Positions 7,823 through 17,389 of a stretch of DNA of 64,000 nt are shown one piece after another; position 1 is the first letter of the stretch, and every line of letters starts with the position of its first letter. The position numbers and the translations under genes are program-made. The DNA is from Acidimicrobiia bacterium (lineage in GTDB: Bacteria; Actinomycetota; Acidimicrobiia; IMCC26256; PALSA-610), in the NCBI GenBank assembly GCA_038239145.1, contig JBBSFB010000002.1, positions 4,456-68,455 on the forward strand, given 5' to 3'. The notes under the pieces were generated by a model. The model was not told where the DNA came from, ran no database searches, and saw nothing but the letters and a program-made list of their open reading frames with translations.

Positions 7823-9967
7823 TCACTTCGCGGTCATACCGCCGGTGACCCAGAGGTTGTCGAGGTTCAGGAACTGCGACGATCCCGCGTTCCGGTCCAT
7901 CCACACCTCGAGCGTGTGAACGCCGGGCGTCAGCCTCGGGCGCAGCGTCAGCATCGACCACGTGTTCCAGTCTCCGGTGCCGGGGAAGATCTTGTCGGCA
8001 GCAATTGCCTCGCCGTCCAGCATGATCGTGCGGGATGCCGGACCATTTCCGGCGGAATACCGCAGCCCCAGGCTCGTAGGGCCCCGACCGACCGTGAACG
8101 AGAAGGTCACGTACTGGCCCTGGGTGCCCCAGCAGCAAATGTACGGCGCGCTCTGCGCCCCGGACCATCGGCTCTCGGTCGGGATGTTCGTCGCCGACGA
8201 ACCCGCCGGGATCACCAGGATGGGCGAGATGGTGAGGTTGTCGAGGTTCAGGTACTCGTACGAGCCGGCGTCCTGGTCCATCCAGACCTTGACGGTGTGA
8301 CGGCCCGGCGTGAGCGTCGTCCGCAGGGAGACGCTCGACCATGTGCTCCAGTTCGCCGTCGCCGGGAACTCCTGGTCGGCGGAGAGAACCCGGCCGTCGA
8401 GGTCGATCTTGCGAGTCGCCGTTCCGTTGCCGGCGCCGTAGCGCAGGGCCAGGTTCGTCGGGCCACCGGCCGAGGTGAACGAGAAGTTCACGTATTGGCC
8501 CTGGCGGCCCCAGCAGCACACGTACGGCGTGTTCTGGGCGCCCGACCACCTCGTCTCGGTCGCCATGTCGGTCGACGACGTCCCGGCCGCAATGACCTGC
8601 GGCGCCGCGGAGGTGCCCGGCGCGATCGGCTTCGAGGGAAGCGAAGGCGAGTTGGGCACCGTGGTGGTGGGAACCGGAGCGTCGGTCGTCGGGGTGGTCG
8701 TCGTGGGTGCGGGCCGACTCGTGACCGGCGGAGCCGCGGTCGTCGGGGTCGCGGTGGTCGGGGTCGGCGCCTTCGTCGTGGGCGCCGACGCCCGCTTGGT
8801 GGTCGGCACCGCTTGCACCGTGCCGGGTGACGACGATCCGCCGAACAGCGCCTTGAAGCGAGCCTGCGCGTTCGGGAAGTGCGACAGCATGTGGTTCCCG
8901 TCCTGCGCCGCGTCCTCGTTGAAGTAGGAGTGGTAGGCGAGGCTGCCGGCGCCGGATGCCGGGAGTGCGTTCATCCAGTCGAACATGCCCTGGATGAACG
9001 TGGGGTCGTCTCCGCCCGCGTTACCGGCGGACTCGGAGCCGCCACCCGAAAGCGCCCATTCCGGATAGCTGACCTGCTTGCCGTGCCTGATGGCGAAGTC
9101 GCGTTGGAACTGGAGGTTCGGAACGACCTTCGACCAGGCGGCCGCCGGGTCGGCCCACGACTGCGTCGACGAGCTCCATGCGACGCCGAGACCCTTGTCG
9201 TACACGTCGAGGCCGATGATGTCGACGTAGCCGTCACCGGGATAGGCGCCGACCTGACCCTGCAACCATCCCGGGTCGCCGTTCCAGTCGAAGCGGAAAT
9301 TCGGCGACACCGAACGGAACACGTGCACCACGTGTTGGAACGCGCTGACCCACAGAGCGTTGTTGCCGTTCGACGACCACGGCATCCACCCTCCGTCGAA
9401 CTCCCAACCGAGCCGGATGATCGCGTCACCGAAACCACCGGCGCGCATCGACGACGCGGCCTGCTGGTAAAGCGAGTCGTTCGATCCATTCGCGGTCGCC
9501 TGCAATGCGTTACGGGCCGCCGCTTGCCCGGACGCGGTCGTCGCGTCGACGAAACCACCGAATGCCAACGGGATCGACTCGACCAAGGTCGTGCGACTCG
9601 ACACGACCTGGAACGCGCCCGCCTTCGTGACCTCACCCCACACGCTGCCTGCGAAGTTCGCCGCGTTTCCGTCGGCGAACTGGACGACGTAGTTGGCGTC
9701 GTGACCGAGCCACGACTCCAACGACGTGAGCTGCGCCACACTTCCGTAGCCCGGGTAGAAGCCGAGCTGTGAGATCGCGGGGCGACTGGCGGCCGATGCG
9801 TTCGGCAGCAACGCCGCGCCTACGAGACCGGTCGCGCACAACGCGGCGACGATCACCGTCGCCCGCGCGCGCACGCTCGCCGCGCGGTGACGGCGACGAC
9901 GGAGTCGCCCGGCACGGCTGTTTGCGATCGACCATTGTCGGTCAGCGCGAGAAGTAGACACGGACAC
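7823..9967 (-). CDS. Secreted GH26 glycoside hydrolase with Thr/Pro linker and two CBM6/CBM35-like modules
   Basis: Signal peptide (..NASAA). RLGWEFDGGW, YPGDGYVDIIGLDVYD and YPEW GH26 motifs. Two ~125-aa repeats with LRY.AGNG and LNLDNL. Confidence 0.85.
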   Translation of the reverse strand: MSVSTSRADRQWSIANSRAGRLRRRRHRAASVRARATVIVAALCATGLVGAALLPNASAASRPAISQLGFYPGYGSVAQLTSLESWLGHDANYVVQFADGNAANFAGSVWGEVTKAGAFQVVSSRTTLVESIPLAFGGFVDATTASGQAAARNALQATANGSNDSLYQQAASSMRAGGFGDAIIRLGWEFDGGWMPWSSNGNNALWVSAFQHVVHVFRSVSPNFRFDWNGDPGWLQGQVGAYPGDGYVDIIGLDVYDKGLGVAWSSSTQSWADPAAAWSKVVPNLQFQRDFAIRHGKQVSYPEWALSGGGSESAGNAGGDDPTFIQGMFDWMNALPASGAGSLAYHSYFNEDAAQDGNHMLSHFPNAQARFKALFGGSSSPGTVQAVPTTKRASAPTTKAPTPTTATPTTAAPPVTSRPAPTTTTPTTDAPVPTTTVPNSPSLPSKPIAPGTSAAPQVIAAGTSSTDMATETRWSGAQNTPYVCCWGRQGQYVNFSFTSAGGPTNLALRYGAGNGTATRKIDLDGRVLSADQEFPATANWSTWSSVSLRTTLTPGRHTVKVWMDQDAGSYEYLNLDNLTISPILVIPAGSSATNIPTESRWSGAQSAPYICCWGTQGQYVTFSFTVGRGPTSLGLRYSAGNGPASRTIMLDGEAIAADKIFPGTGDWNTWSMLTLRPRLTPGVHTLEVWMDRNAGSSQFLNLDNLWVTGGMTAK

Positions 9968-10002
9968 TCATGACCCCCCCGGTCAGGACACGGACCCTGT
10001 TT

Positions 10003-10030
10003 CAATCGGTCGGGCTACCTGAAATCTTGA
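10003..10030 (-). promoter_or_regulatory. Putative sigma28/WhiG-type promoter of the GH26 gene
   Basis: Minus strand TCAAG-N15-ACCGATTG, 35 nt upstream of the GTG. Confidence 0.5.
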
Positions 10031-10366
10031 CCAACGTGAGTCCTAGTGTCCCTATTCAGACCGCAGTGTTCACGACGAGAAGGCGCAGAGTTCACTGCGA
10101 TAGCGCGCAATTCGACAGATACCGCTTTTCTGCGACCCGGCGGTCGCGCGAGGCGCGACACAGCAGCCGTTGATGTCGCGCACAGCGCGAACCGCGCGCA
10201 CTTGCATCCGACGACGCGACCGATGAAAACGGTTGGTTTTCGAAGGTTGCAGTGCCCAGCCCCGACGCGCGTGACGACGCTGTCGCGTGCTGTGCGCGTC
10301 GATCGTGCGTCGGAGCGAGACGGATACGCGCGTCTGTCGCGCGACTTGCAGCTAGCGTCTTGAACT

Positions 10367-12748
10367 GTGACGCCTCGCGAAACGCGCCGATCGCAGTCAC
10401 GCGGTTCCGAGGTTCGATCGCTTGCATCATCATCCTCGACACCGCTGCTTCCGTGGACACAAATCACGCGCGCGAGCGTCGGTCTGATCGCGCTCGTGAG
10501 CGGCATTGTCGGCGCGACTGCCGGTTGTGCGCCTGTTGGCGGATCGTTCGCAGACCACGCCCTGACGGGCATCGCGGCTGCGCTGGTGACGTTCGCGGCG
10601 GCGCAGGCGTCGGGCCTCGCGCTCGTCGCCGCGGGCGCGGTCGTCGTGGCCGCCGGCGTCTGGTGGGAGTGGCACCTGCTCGGTATCGTCGCGGTGGCAG
10701 GCATCGTGCTGCTCGAACTCCGCAAGGAGACCCGCCCCGCGCTGCGCGCGCTTGCAGGGGTCGTGCTCGTGCAGATCGCGCTCCGCTTCCCGTGGACGTC
10801 ACCGGCGCGCGGGTCCGCGATCGTCGCGCTCGTGGTGATGCTCGTGATCTTCGCGTCGGCAACCCGCCGCGCGCCCGCGCGCACGCGCCGCGTGTCGTTG
10901 CTCGTCGCCGGAGCGCTCTGCGCGCTCGCGCTCGTCGCCACCGCGGCAGCGACGTACTCGGTGTTGCGGAGCCGGACACTGCTCGAGTCGGGAGAGGCGA
11001 CCGCGCGCAGCGGTGTCGATGCGGCACGCGCCGGCGATCGGCTCGCGGCGGCCAATCAGTTCGCGGTGGCCCAGACGAAGTTCGAAGACGCGCGCGACAA
11101 GCTCGGATCGTGGTTGACGTTTCCCGCGCGCCAACTCCCGCTCGTCGGACCGCAGCTCCGTACGCTCGACGACATCGCCTCGCTCGGTGCGCGGACGATC
11201 CCGATCGCCCGGACGGCGGCGACCAACATCGACCCCGACCGGCTCCGGCTCGTCGACGGTCGCCTCGACCTGTCGGTGCTCGCGTCGTACCGGCCCACCT
11301 TCGACGAGCTCGCCCGGGAGACCCGGCTCGTCCGCGCCGACCTGGCCCGTTTGCACCGCATGTGGCTGTTACCGCCACTCGAGCGCCAACTCGTGAAGTT
11401 CGAGACGACCGTCGTCCGGGCCGACGACAGTGCGCGGACCGCGGACGAGGCCGTGCAGGTCGCGCCTGCGCTGCTCGGCGGCTCGGGCCCGCGCACGTAC
11501 CTCGTCTCGATCGTCACCCCGGCCGAGTCACGCGGTTCGGGCGGATTGATGGCCAACTACGGCGTCCTCACCGCATCGGAGGGCCGCATCCGCCTCGAAG
11601 GCGTGGGCCGAGGCCCCGACCTCGACACCCGCGGGGTCGAACCGAAGCACCTCACGGGCCCGCCTCAGTACCTTGCGCGCTACGGCAAGTTCCAGCCGGC
11701 GGAGACCTGGGAGAACCTCACGATGTCTCCCGACTTCCCGTCGGTGGGCCAGGTGATGGCACAGCTGTATCCGCAGTCGGGCGGGACCGTGATCAACGGC
11801 GTGATCCAGCTCGACCCGTTCGCGATCTCACAGCTGCTGACGCTGACAGGACCGGTGAAGGTGCCCGGGCTCGACTTCACCATCAGCGCCGACAACGCCG
11901 TGTCGTTCCTGTTGCGCGACGAGTACACCCTCGTCACCGATCCGATCGAGCGTTCGAACCTGCTCGGCAGCGTCGCACAGGTCGTGTTCGATCGCCTGAC
12001 CTCGGGTCAGTCGGCCACGCCCTCGAGCATGGCGCAGGCCTTGAGCCCGGTGGTCGCAACCCGCGACCTTTCGCTCTGGATGCGCGATCCTCGTGAACAG
12101 GACTTCGTGCGGCGTATCGGCGCAGATGCCGCGCTCCCCCCCGTACTCGGAGACTCGTTCGGGGTCATCGTCCAGAACGGCGGCGGCAACAAGATCGACA
12201 ACTATCTGCATCGCACCATCGACTACTCGAGCGCGATCGCCGCGAGCACGGGCGAGGTGCGCTCGCACGCGGTCGTGTCGTTGCGCAACGACTCCCCGTC
12301 GAGCGGGGTTCCGCTGTACGTCATCGGGAACGAGATCAACCGACCTACCGGGACGAACACCTTGTACGTCTCGATCTATTCGCCGCTCACGCTCCGCGGC
12401 GCGCAGATCGACGGCAAGCCCTTCCCGCTTCTCGTCGAAACCGAGCTCGGCCGCAACGTCTACTCCGCCTACGTCGAGATCCCGCCCGGGGGCACGAGAA
12501 CGATCACGCTCGATCTCGGGGGCACAATGAGCCTCCGTTCCGGGACCCTCCAGTTCCAATATTTGGCCCAGGTACTGCCGAACGCCGATCTGGTCACGTG
12601 GACGGCCCACCTGACCGGCGGGCGGGTGACCTCGGCCGCGGCCCACGGCACCGTTCCCATCGCCGCCCGCCAGACCGACAGTTCGGCGAGCGTCGCTCGC
12701 GCCAGCGTCCGGGGGCCCTGGACAGTGGAATTGACGCTGCGCCGGTGA
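10367..12748 (+). CDS. DUF4012 domain membrane protein
   Basis: N-terminal TM bundle and helical region. TYLVSIVTPAESRGSGG, NLTMSPDFP, GVIQLDP and GNKIDNYL are DUF4012 hallmarks. Confidence 0.85.
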   Translation: MTPRETRRSQSRGSEVRSLASSSSTPLLPWTQITRASVGLIALVSGIVGATAGCAPVGGSFADHALTGIAAALVTFAAAQASGLALVAAGAVVVAAGVWWEWHLLGIVAVAGIVLLELRKETRPALRALAGVVLVQIALRFPWTSPARGSAIVALVVMLVIFASATRRAPARTRRVSLLVAGALCALALVATAAATYSVLRSRTLLESGEATARSGVDAARAGDRLAAANQFAVAQTKFEDARDKLGSWLTFPARQLPLVGPQLRTLDDIASLGARTIPIARTAATNIDPDRLRLVDGRLDLSVLASYRPTFDELARETRLVRADLARLHRMWLLPPLERQLVKFETTVVRADDSARTADEAVQVAPALLGGSGPRTYLVSIVTPAESRGSGGLMANYGVLTASEGRIRLEGVGRGPDLDTRGVEPKHLTGPPQYLARYGKFQPAETWENLTMSPDFPSVGQVMAQLYPQSGGTVINGVIQLDPFAISQLLTLTGPVKVPGLDFTISADNAVSFLLRDEYTLVTDPIERSNLLGSVAQVVFDRLTSGQSATPSSMAQALSPVVATRDLSLWMRDPREQDFVRRIGADAALPPVLGDSFGVIVQNGGGNKIDNYLHRTIDYSSAIAASTGEVRSHAVVSLRNDSPSSGVPLYVIGNEINRPTGTNTLYVSIYSPLTLRGAQIDGKPFPLLVETELGRNVYSAYVEIPPGGTRTITLDLGGTMSLRSGTLQFQYLAQVLPNADLVTWTAHLTGGRVTSAAAHGTVPIAARQTDSSASVARASVRGPWTVELTLRR

Positions 12749-12876
12749 CTTTCGCCACGGAGAGTGTTCTTTTGGTGGGAAACCGACGCGGCAGATGCTA
12801 CGATTTGCTCTCGAGGCGGCGGATCGACGTCAGACACGGACGGTCGGATGCGATCAGGCTCCAGGAAGGCAGAGGC

Positions 12877-13173
12877 ATGAAGGTCCGGAGAATATTCGCG
12901 AGCGTTGGCGCGGCGGCATTGCTGTCGTTGGGCATGGCGTCGGCGGCCCACGCAGCCGACTACCCCCCCACGACCAACGGTCACACGGTCATCGAAGGTT
13001 CGACCGTCACCACCGCCACGGCGGATGCCCCGACGAACGCGGCTGCGGCCGCCAACGGTGGTCTCCCGTTCACGGGCGGCAACGACGGCACGCTCGTGTG
13101 GGTCGGACTGGCGGCAGTCGGTACCGGATCGTTCGCGGCGTGGCGCTTCCGGCGCCGTCCCCGCGTTTCCTGA
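12877..13173 (+). CDS. Small secreted LPxTG (LPFTG) cell-wall-anchored protein, 98 aa
   Basis: Signal peptide (AAHA/ADYPP), Thr/Ala-rich core, LPFTG, hydrophobic helix, RFRRRPR tail. Confidence 0.85.
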   Translation: MKVRRIFASVGAAALLSLGMASAAHAADYPPTTNGHTVIEGSTVTTATADAPTNAAAAANGGLPFTGGNDGTLVWVGLAAVGTGSFAAWRFRRRPRVS

Positions 13174-13207
13174 TCCGTCCGCGTTCGCAACCGGGTTCGT
13201 TGGGGCC

Positions 13208-13234
13208 TCAGACCGCGGGTCGAAGTGCCGATAT
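13208..13234 (+). promoter_or_regulatory. Putative sigma28/WhiG-type promoter
   Basis: TCAG-N15-GCCGATAT in the intergenic gap before the glycosyltransferase at 13250. Confidence 0.6.
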
Positions 13235-13249
13235 GACCCAATATGAACG

Positions 13250-14266
13250 GTGACTCAACGTGAACGGCGAGCCAACGTGAACGACGAGCACGGGTTCCGC
13301 CACTTCTTGTTGACTCGCTTCGACGTGAATCTCGGAGATCAGAGCCGATATCGAACCGACGAGTGGTTCGACCGCCGGCTCGATCTCTTCGAGCAGTTCA
13401 CCTGCCCGTCGATCGCAAGCCAGACCGAGAAGAGCTTCACGTGGATCGTGTTCTTCCACGAGAAGAGCCGGGAGACCGTCGAGCGTCGCTTCGGGGCCGA
13501 CCCGGAGTTCTACACGGCCGTATTCACGGCCGACCTCTGGGAGCCGGCGGTAGTGCGCGCGGCAGTGCGGGCGCTCGGAACCCCGGAGCAGGGCACTGTG
13601 GTGTCGACGCAACTCGACTGCGACGACGTGCTCGCGCCCGACACCATCGAACGGATTCAACGCGCGGTGGCGCGCGACCCACGGCAGCGCACGTACCTCA
13701 ACTTTCCGTTGGGATACCAGTTCGCCCAAGGGCGCTTCTACATCGCGCTCGACCCGTCGAACCCGTTCATCACGCTCGTCGAGCCGGTGACGAACCTCGA
13801 CCAGGCCCTGTTCGCGTATCACCTGTGCCACGAGGACGCGAGCGAGCACGCACCCGTGCAACAGGTCGACTGGACCCCAGCATGGCTGCAGGTCGTGCAC
13901 GGCACCAACATCTCGAACCACACGAACGGGTTGCGCATTCGCAACGCCAAGCCGTGGGAAGAATTCCGTCATCTTCCCGGGATCGGCCGGCGCCGACCCG
14001 AATCCCGGCTCGAGGTGGAGAAGGAACGGGCCGCCAACGCAGCCCGGTTGGCCCGCAAGGCGTTCTTCCGCCCGCTCGGGCGCCGTCGCATCTACCGCGC
14101 ACTGAAGGTCGACGGCGCGATGACGAAGCTCCGGAACCGAACCGAAGGCATGGCCACGCCGGGCTCAAGAGGGCATCCGAAGTCGTCGAATCTGCAGGGG
14201 ACGCCGACCCCCGCAAGCCGCGAATTCGACGAGCCGCCGGCCCCCGAATCCCACCTTGCCCCGTAG
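13250..14266 (+). CDS. Putative rhamnosyltransferase-family glycosyltransferase (start may be 13277)
   Basis: HFLLTRFDV, RLDLFEQFTCPSIASQT, TQLDCDD and WLQVVHGTN motifs. Confidence 0.8.
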   Translation: MTQRERRANVNDEHGFRHFLLTRFDVNLGDQSRYRTDEWFDRRLDLFEQFTCPSIASQTEKSFTWIVFFHEKSRETVERRFGADPEFYTAVFTADLWEPAVVRAAVRALGTPEQGTVVSTQLDCDDVLAPDTIERIQRAVARDPRQRTYLNFPLGYQFAQGRFYIALDPSNPFITLVEPVTNLDQALFAYHLCHEDASEHAPVQQVDWTPAWLQVVHGTNISNHTNGLRIRNAKPWEEFRHLPGIGRRRPESRLEVEKERAANAARLARKAFFRPLGRRRIYRALKVDGAMTKLRNRTEGMATPGSRGHPKSSNLQGTPTPASREFDEPPAPESHLAP

Positions 14267-14356
14267 GTACCTAACCTGCGACCGGCGTTCGCTCGCCGCA
14301 GACTCCCGTCATCATCTCGAACATCCTGAAGTCGCGTGAACCGCTCGGAAGTTGCC

Positions 14357-15091
14357 ATGACAGAACTGACCTCCGACAGTCGTGGGCACTGGGACGACGT
14401 CTACGCGCGGCGCTCCGCCGGCGTTCCTCCGATCGACCAGGTCGCAGGGGCAGCCGCGCTCGCACACTTCGGCGATATTCGCGGCAAGCGTGTCCTGGAC
14501 ATGGGCTGCGGTTCGGGCGAATACTCCCTCTACTTCGCCCAACAGGGCGCCGAGGTGACCGCTCTCGACCTCAGTAACGTCGCAATTGAGTCGCTGAGCG
14601 ACGAGTGCCGACGACTTGGCATCACTTCCGTTCGCCCCGTCGTCGGCGACGCCTTCGGCATCGAGGAACATGGTCCCTTCGACGCCGTGTTCGGTTCGTG
14701 GATCCTGCATCACCTGGAACCGTTCAGCGACTTCGTCGACGTGCTCGCGCGCGCGACTTCACCGGGAGCACGTGCGTTCTTCTACGAGAACAGTGCGATG
14801 AGTCGGGCTCTCATGTGGTGCCGCGAGCATCTCACCGGTCACTACGGGATTCCGAAGTACGGCGACGACGACGAGTTCCCACTACAGCCGCAGGAGATCG
14901 ACATGCTGCGCCGATCCTTCGACGTCGAGGTCGCCTATCCGGAGCTGTTCCTCGCCCGGCTGGGTTCGCAATACCTCCTGCACAACCGGGGTGACCGCCA
15001 ACTCGGCTGGATCGACGAGAAGCTCTACCGCTACCCACGGATACGCCGATTGTCCTACAAGCAGTACGTGCTACTCGAACGCGCGTCCTGA
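14357..15091 (+). CDS. Class I SAM-dependent methyltransferase
   Basis: VLDMGCGSG motif I, FDAVFG..ILHHL. Confidence 0.85.
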   Translation: MTELTSDSRGHWDDVYARRSAGVPPIDQVAGAAALAHFGDIRGKRVLDMGCGSGEYSLYFAQQGAEVTALDLSNVAIESLSDECRRLGITSVRPVVGDAFGIEEHGPFDAVFGSWILHHLEPFSDFVDVLARATSPGARAFFYENSAMSRALMWCREHLTGHYGIPKYGDDDEFPLQPQEIDMLRRSFDVEVAYPELFLARLGSQYLLHNRGDRQLGWIDEKLYRYPRIRRLSYKQYVLLERAS

Positions 15092-15110
15092 GCCAGTCGG
15101 AGGCACGAGC

Positions 15111-16307
15111 TTGCGGGTCGTCGTACACGACTATTCCGGACATCCCTTCCAGGTACAGCTGAGCCGCGAGCTCGCGCGACGCGGTCATGAGGTGCTGCAC
15201 CTGCACTGCGAGTCGTTCGTTACCGGCAAGGGTGCACTCGGTCGACACCCCGGGGATCCGCCGACATTCGAGATCGAGCCGATCAGCCTCGGACAGAAGT
15301 TCGAGAAGTACTCGTACGGCAAACGCTTCGCCCAGGAGCTTCGCTACGGCCGTCAGCTCGTGGCGCGTGTGCGCGAGTACCGGCCCGACGTCATCTTGTC
15401 GAGCAACACGCCGCTGTTCGCCCAGCGAGTGTTCCAGCGCGATCTCGATCACTCGACCCCGTTCGTGTTCTGGCAACAGGACGTGTACAGCGTCGCTATG
15501 GGTGAGAACGCGCGGAAGCGCATCCCCGTCGTCGGCGGGGTGTTGGCCAAGGTGTTCGAAAGGCTCGAGCGCAAGGAGCTCCTCGACAGCGACCGTGTCG
15601 TCATCATCAGCGCCGACTTCCGTCCGATCCTCGAGCGCTGGGGCATCGACCAGAGCCAGGTCACCGTGATCGAGAACTGGGCGCCGCTTTCCGAGATCGA
15701 GCCGGGCCCGCGCGACAACGACTGGTCGCGAGAGCACGATCTCGGAGACTCGGTCGTCGTGCTGTACGCGGGCACGCTCGGCCTCAAGCACAACCCTGAC
15801 CTGCTGCTGCAGCTCGCCGTGCGCGGCGCGGAGACTCCCGAGGAGAACATCCGAGTCGTCGTCATCTCCGAGGGCCTCGGCGCCGACTGGCTCGCAGAGA
15901 AGAAGCGCTCGCTCGGTCTCGACAATCTCGTGCTGTTGCCGTTCCAACCGTACGAGCGGTTGTCGTCGGTGCTCGCGAGCGCCGACATCCTCGTCGCTAT
16001 CCTCGAACCCGAGGCCGGCGTGTTCTCCGTCCCGTCGAAGGTGCTGACCTATCACTGCTCCGGACGGCCGATCCTCGGCGCGATCCCACCCGAGAATCTC
16101 GCGGCGCGCATCATCGAACGTGAGGAGAGCGGCGTCGTCACCGACCCTGGCGACGTGGACGGGTTCGTGAAGTCCGCGAGCCGGCTCCTCGACGACGCGG
16201 AGCTGCGCCGCGAGATGGGCGAGCACGCCCGTCAGTACGCGGAGCGCACCTTCGACATCAACCGGATCGGCGACGAGTTCGAGACCATCCTGCAATCGTT
16301 GCTCTGA
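15111..16307 (+). CDS. GT4 glycosyltransferase (WcaI-like)
   Basis: VHDYSGHPFQ, YAGTLGLKH, SVPSKV..Y..SGRP. TTG start chosen by eye. Confidence 0.85.
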   Translation: MRVVVHDYSGHPFQVQLSRELARRGHEVLHLHCESFVTGKGALGRHPGDPPTFEIEPISLGQKFEKYSYGKRFAQELRYGRQLVARVREYRPDVILSSNTPLFAQRVFQRDLDHSTPFVFWQQDVYSVAMGENARKRIPVVGGVLAKVFERLERKELLDSDRVVIISADFRPILERWGIDQSQVTVIENWAPLSEIEPGPRDNDWSREHDLGDSVVVLYAGTLGLKHNPDLLLQLAVRGAETPEENIRVVVISEGLGADWLAEKKRSLGLDNLVLLPFQPYERLSSVLASADILVAILEPEAGVFSVPSKVLTYHCSGRPILGAIPPENLAARIIEREESGVVTDPGDVDGFVKSASRLLDDAELRREMGEHARQYAERTFDINRIGDEFETILQSLL

Positions 16308-16330
16308 GACGCGGTCCGGAGAAGCAGCCC

Positions 16331-17389
16331 ATGCGCGACGAAGCCGACGAACATGCCGACGACGAGCACGCTGACGACGAGCTTCGCCTCGACGTCGTGA
16401 GCGGTAATTCGGTCCTGGTGAACGCCGCCCGCTCCGAACGCCCACACACCGTCACGAACGACGCGATCACGAACGACGCGATCACGAACGACGCCCGCGC
16501 CGGGAGGGTCGCCGACTGCCCGTTCTGCTGGGGCAACGAAGAAGCGACGGCGGAAGAACTGGCGCGGTTGGGACCTGGCGCGCCGGGAGCTCCCGGCTGG
16601 CGCGTCCGCGTCGTGCGGAACCGGTACCCCGTTCTCGGTGGAACGGACGAAACCCCAGCTCGGTGCGAGGTCGTCGTGTTCCGGTCGCACGAGCATCGGC
16701 TCGAGGATCTCGATGTCGCCGCGGTCGCGGAAATCCTCACCGTCGTCCGCGACCGGGTCGCGGTACAACAACAGGCCGGGCGGGTCTCGGTGCAGGTCTT
16801 CGTCAACGTCGAACGCGACGCGGGTGCGTCGATCGAGCACCCGCACGCGCAGCTCATCAGCCTCGACTTCGTTCCGCCCGCACTCGCGCTCGAGTTCGCG
16901 ATGATGGCGAGCGCAGGACCGGACCCGGTGCGCGCCGACCTGGCCCGGGCTCGGGCCGATGGCCTTATCGTCATCGACGCCGAGATCGCGGCGTGGTGCC
17001 CCTGGGGAATGCCATATCCCTACGGCGTGCGAATCGCTCCGACCGTGGCCGGTGCCCCGTTTCGCGAGCTCGACGCGACTACCGTCGATGCGGTGGCACA
17101 GACGCTGCGGGACGTCCTGCGCTCCATGAACGACCTGCTGAACCGCCCCGCCTACAACGTCGTCGTCTACGCCGACCAGACCCGAGGCGAGTCGGTCCGG
17201 CGCTGGCGCATCGAGGCCATCCCCCGGGTCAACGTGGGGGGCGGCTTCGAGATCGGCACGGCCGTCACCACCCACTCCACGCCCGCCGAGGTCGCCGCGA
17301 GGGCTTACCGCCACCAGGTCGCCGGCGCCTCGGGAACCGCCGATTCACACAACTCGGGGAGAGTTTTGCCGATCAGGACGTACTCGTGA
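16331..17389 (+). CDS. galT: Galactose-1-phosphate uridylyltransferase (GalT/HIT family)
   Basis: RSERP, CPFC, VVRNRYP, GASIEHPHAQ (HPH nucleophile motif), GGFEIG. Confidence 0.75.
   Translation: MRDEADEHADDEHADDELRLDVVSGNSVLVNAARSERPHTVTNDAITNDAITNDARAGRVADCPFCWGNEEATAEELARLGPGAPGAPGWRVRVVRNRYPVLGGTDETPARCEVVVFRSHEHRLEDLDVAAVAEILTVVRDRVAVQQQAGRVSVQVFVNVERDAGASIEHPHAQLISLDFVPPALALEFAMMASAGPDPVRADLARARADGLIVIDAEIAAWCPWGMPYPYGVRIAPTVAGAPFRELDATTVDAVAQTLRDVLRSMNDLLNRPAYNVVVYADQTRGESVRRWRIEAIPRVNVGGGFEIGTAVTTHSTPAEVAARAYRHQVAGASGTADSHNSGRVLPIRTYS
16452..16494 (+). repeat. In-frame 15-bp tandem repeat (TCACGAACGACGCGA, about 3 copies)
   Basis: Directly visible; encodes TNDAITNDAITNDA. Confidence 0.9.
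17349..17375 (+). promoter_or_regulatory. Possible sigma28/WhiG-type promoter of the wzc-like gene
   Basis: ACAA-N15-GCCGATCA, 10 nt before GTG 17386. Weak -35. Confidence 0.35.

Noticed and set aside
10031-10366. Riboswitch or ncRNA in the long divergent intergenic region
   Set aside because: Short hairpins exist (GCGCGACA/TGTCGCGC, GAAAAC/GTTTTC), but I see no recognisable conserved motif. An Rfam/Infernal search would be needed.
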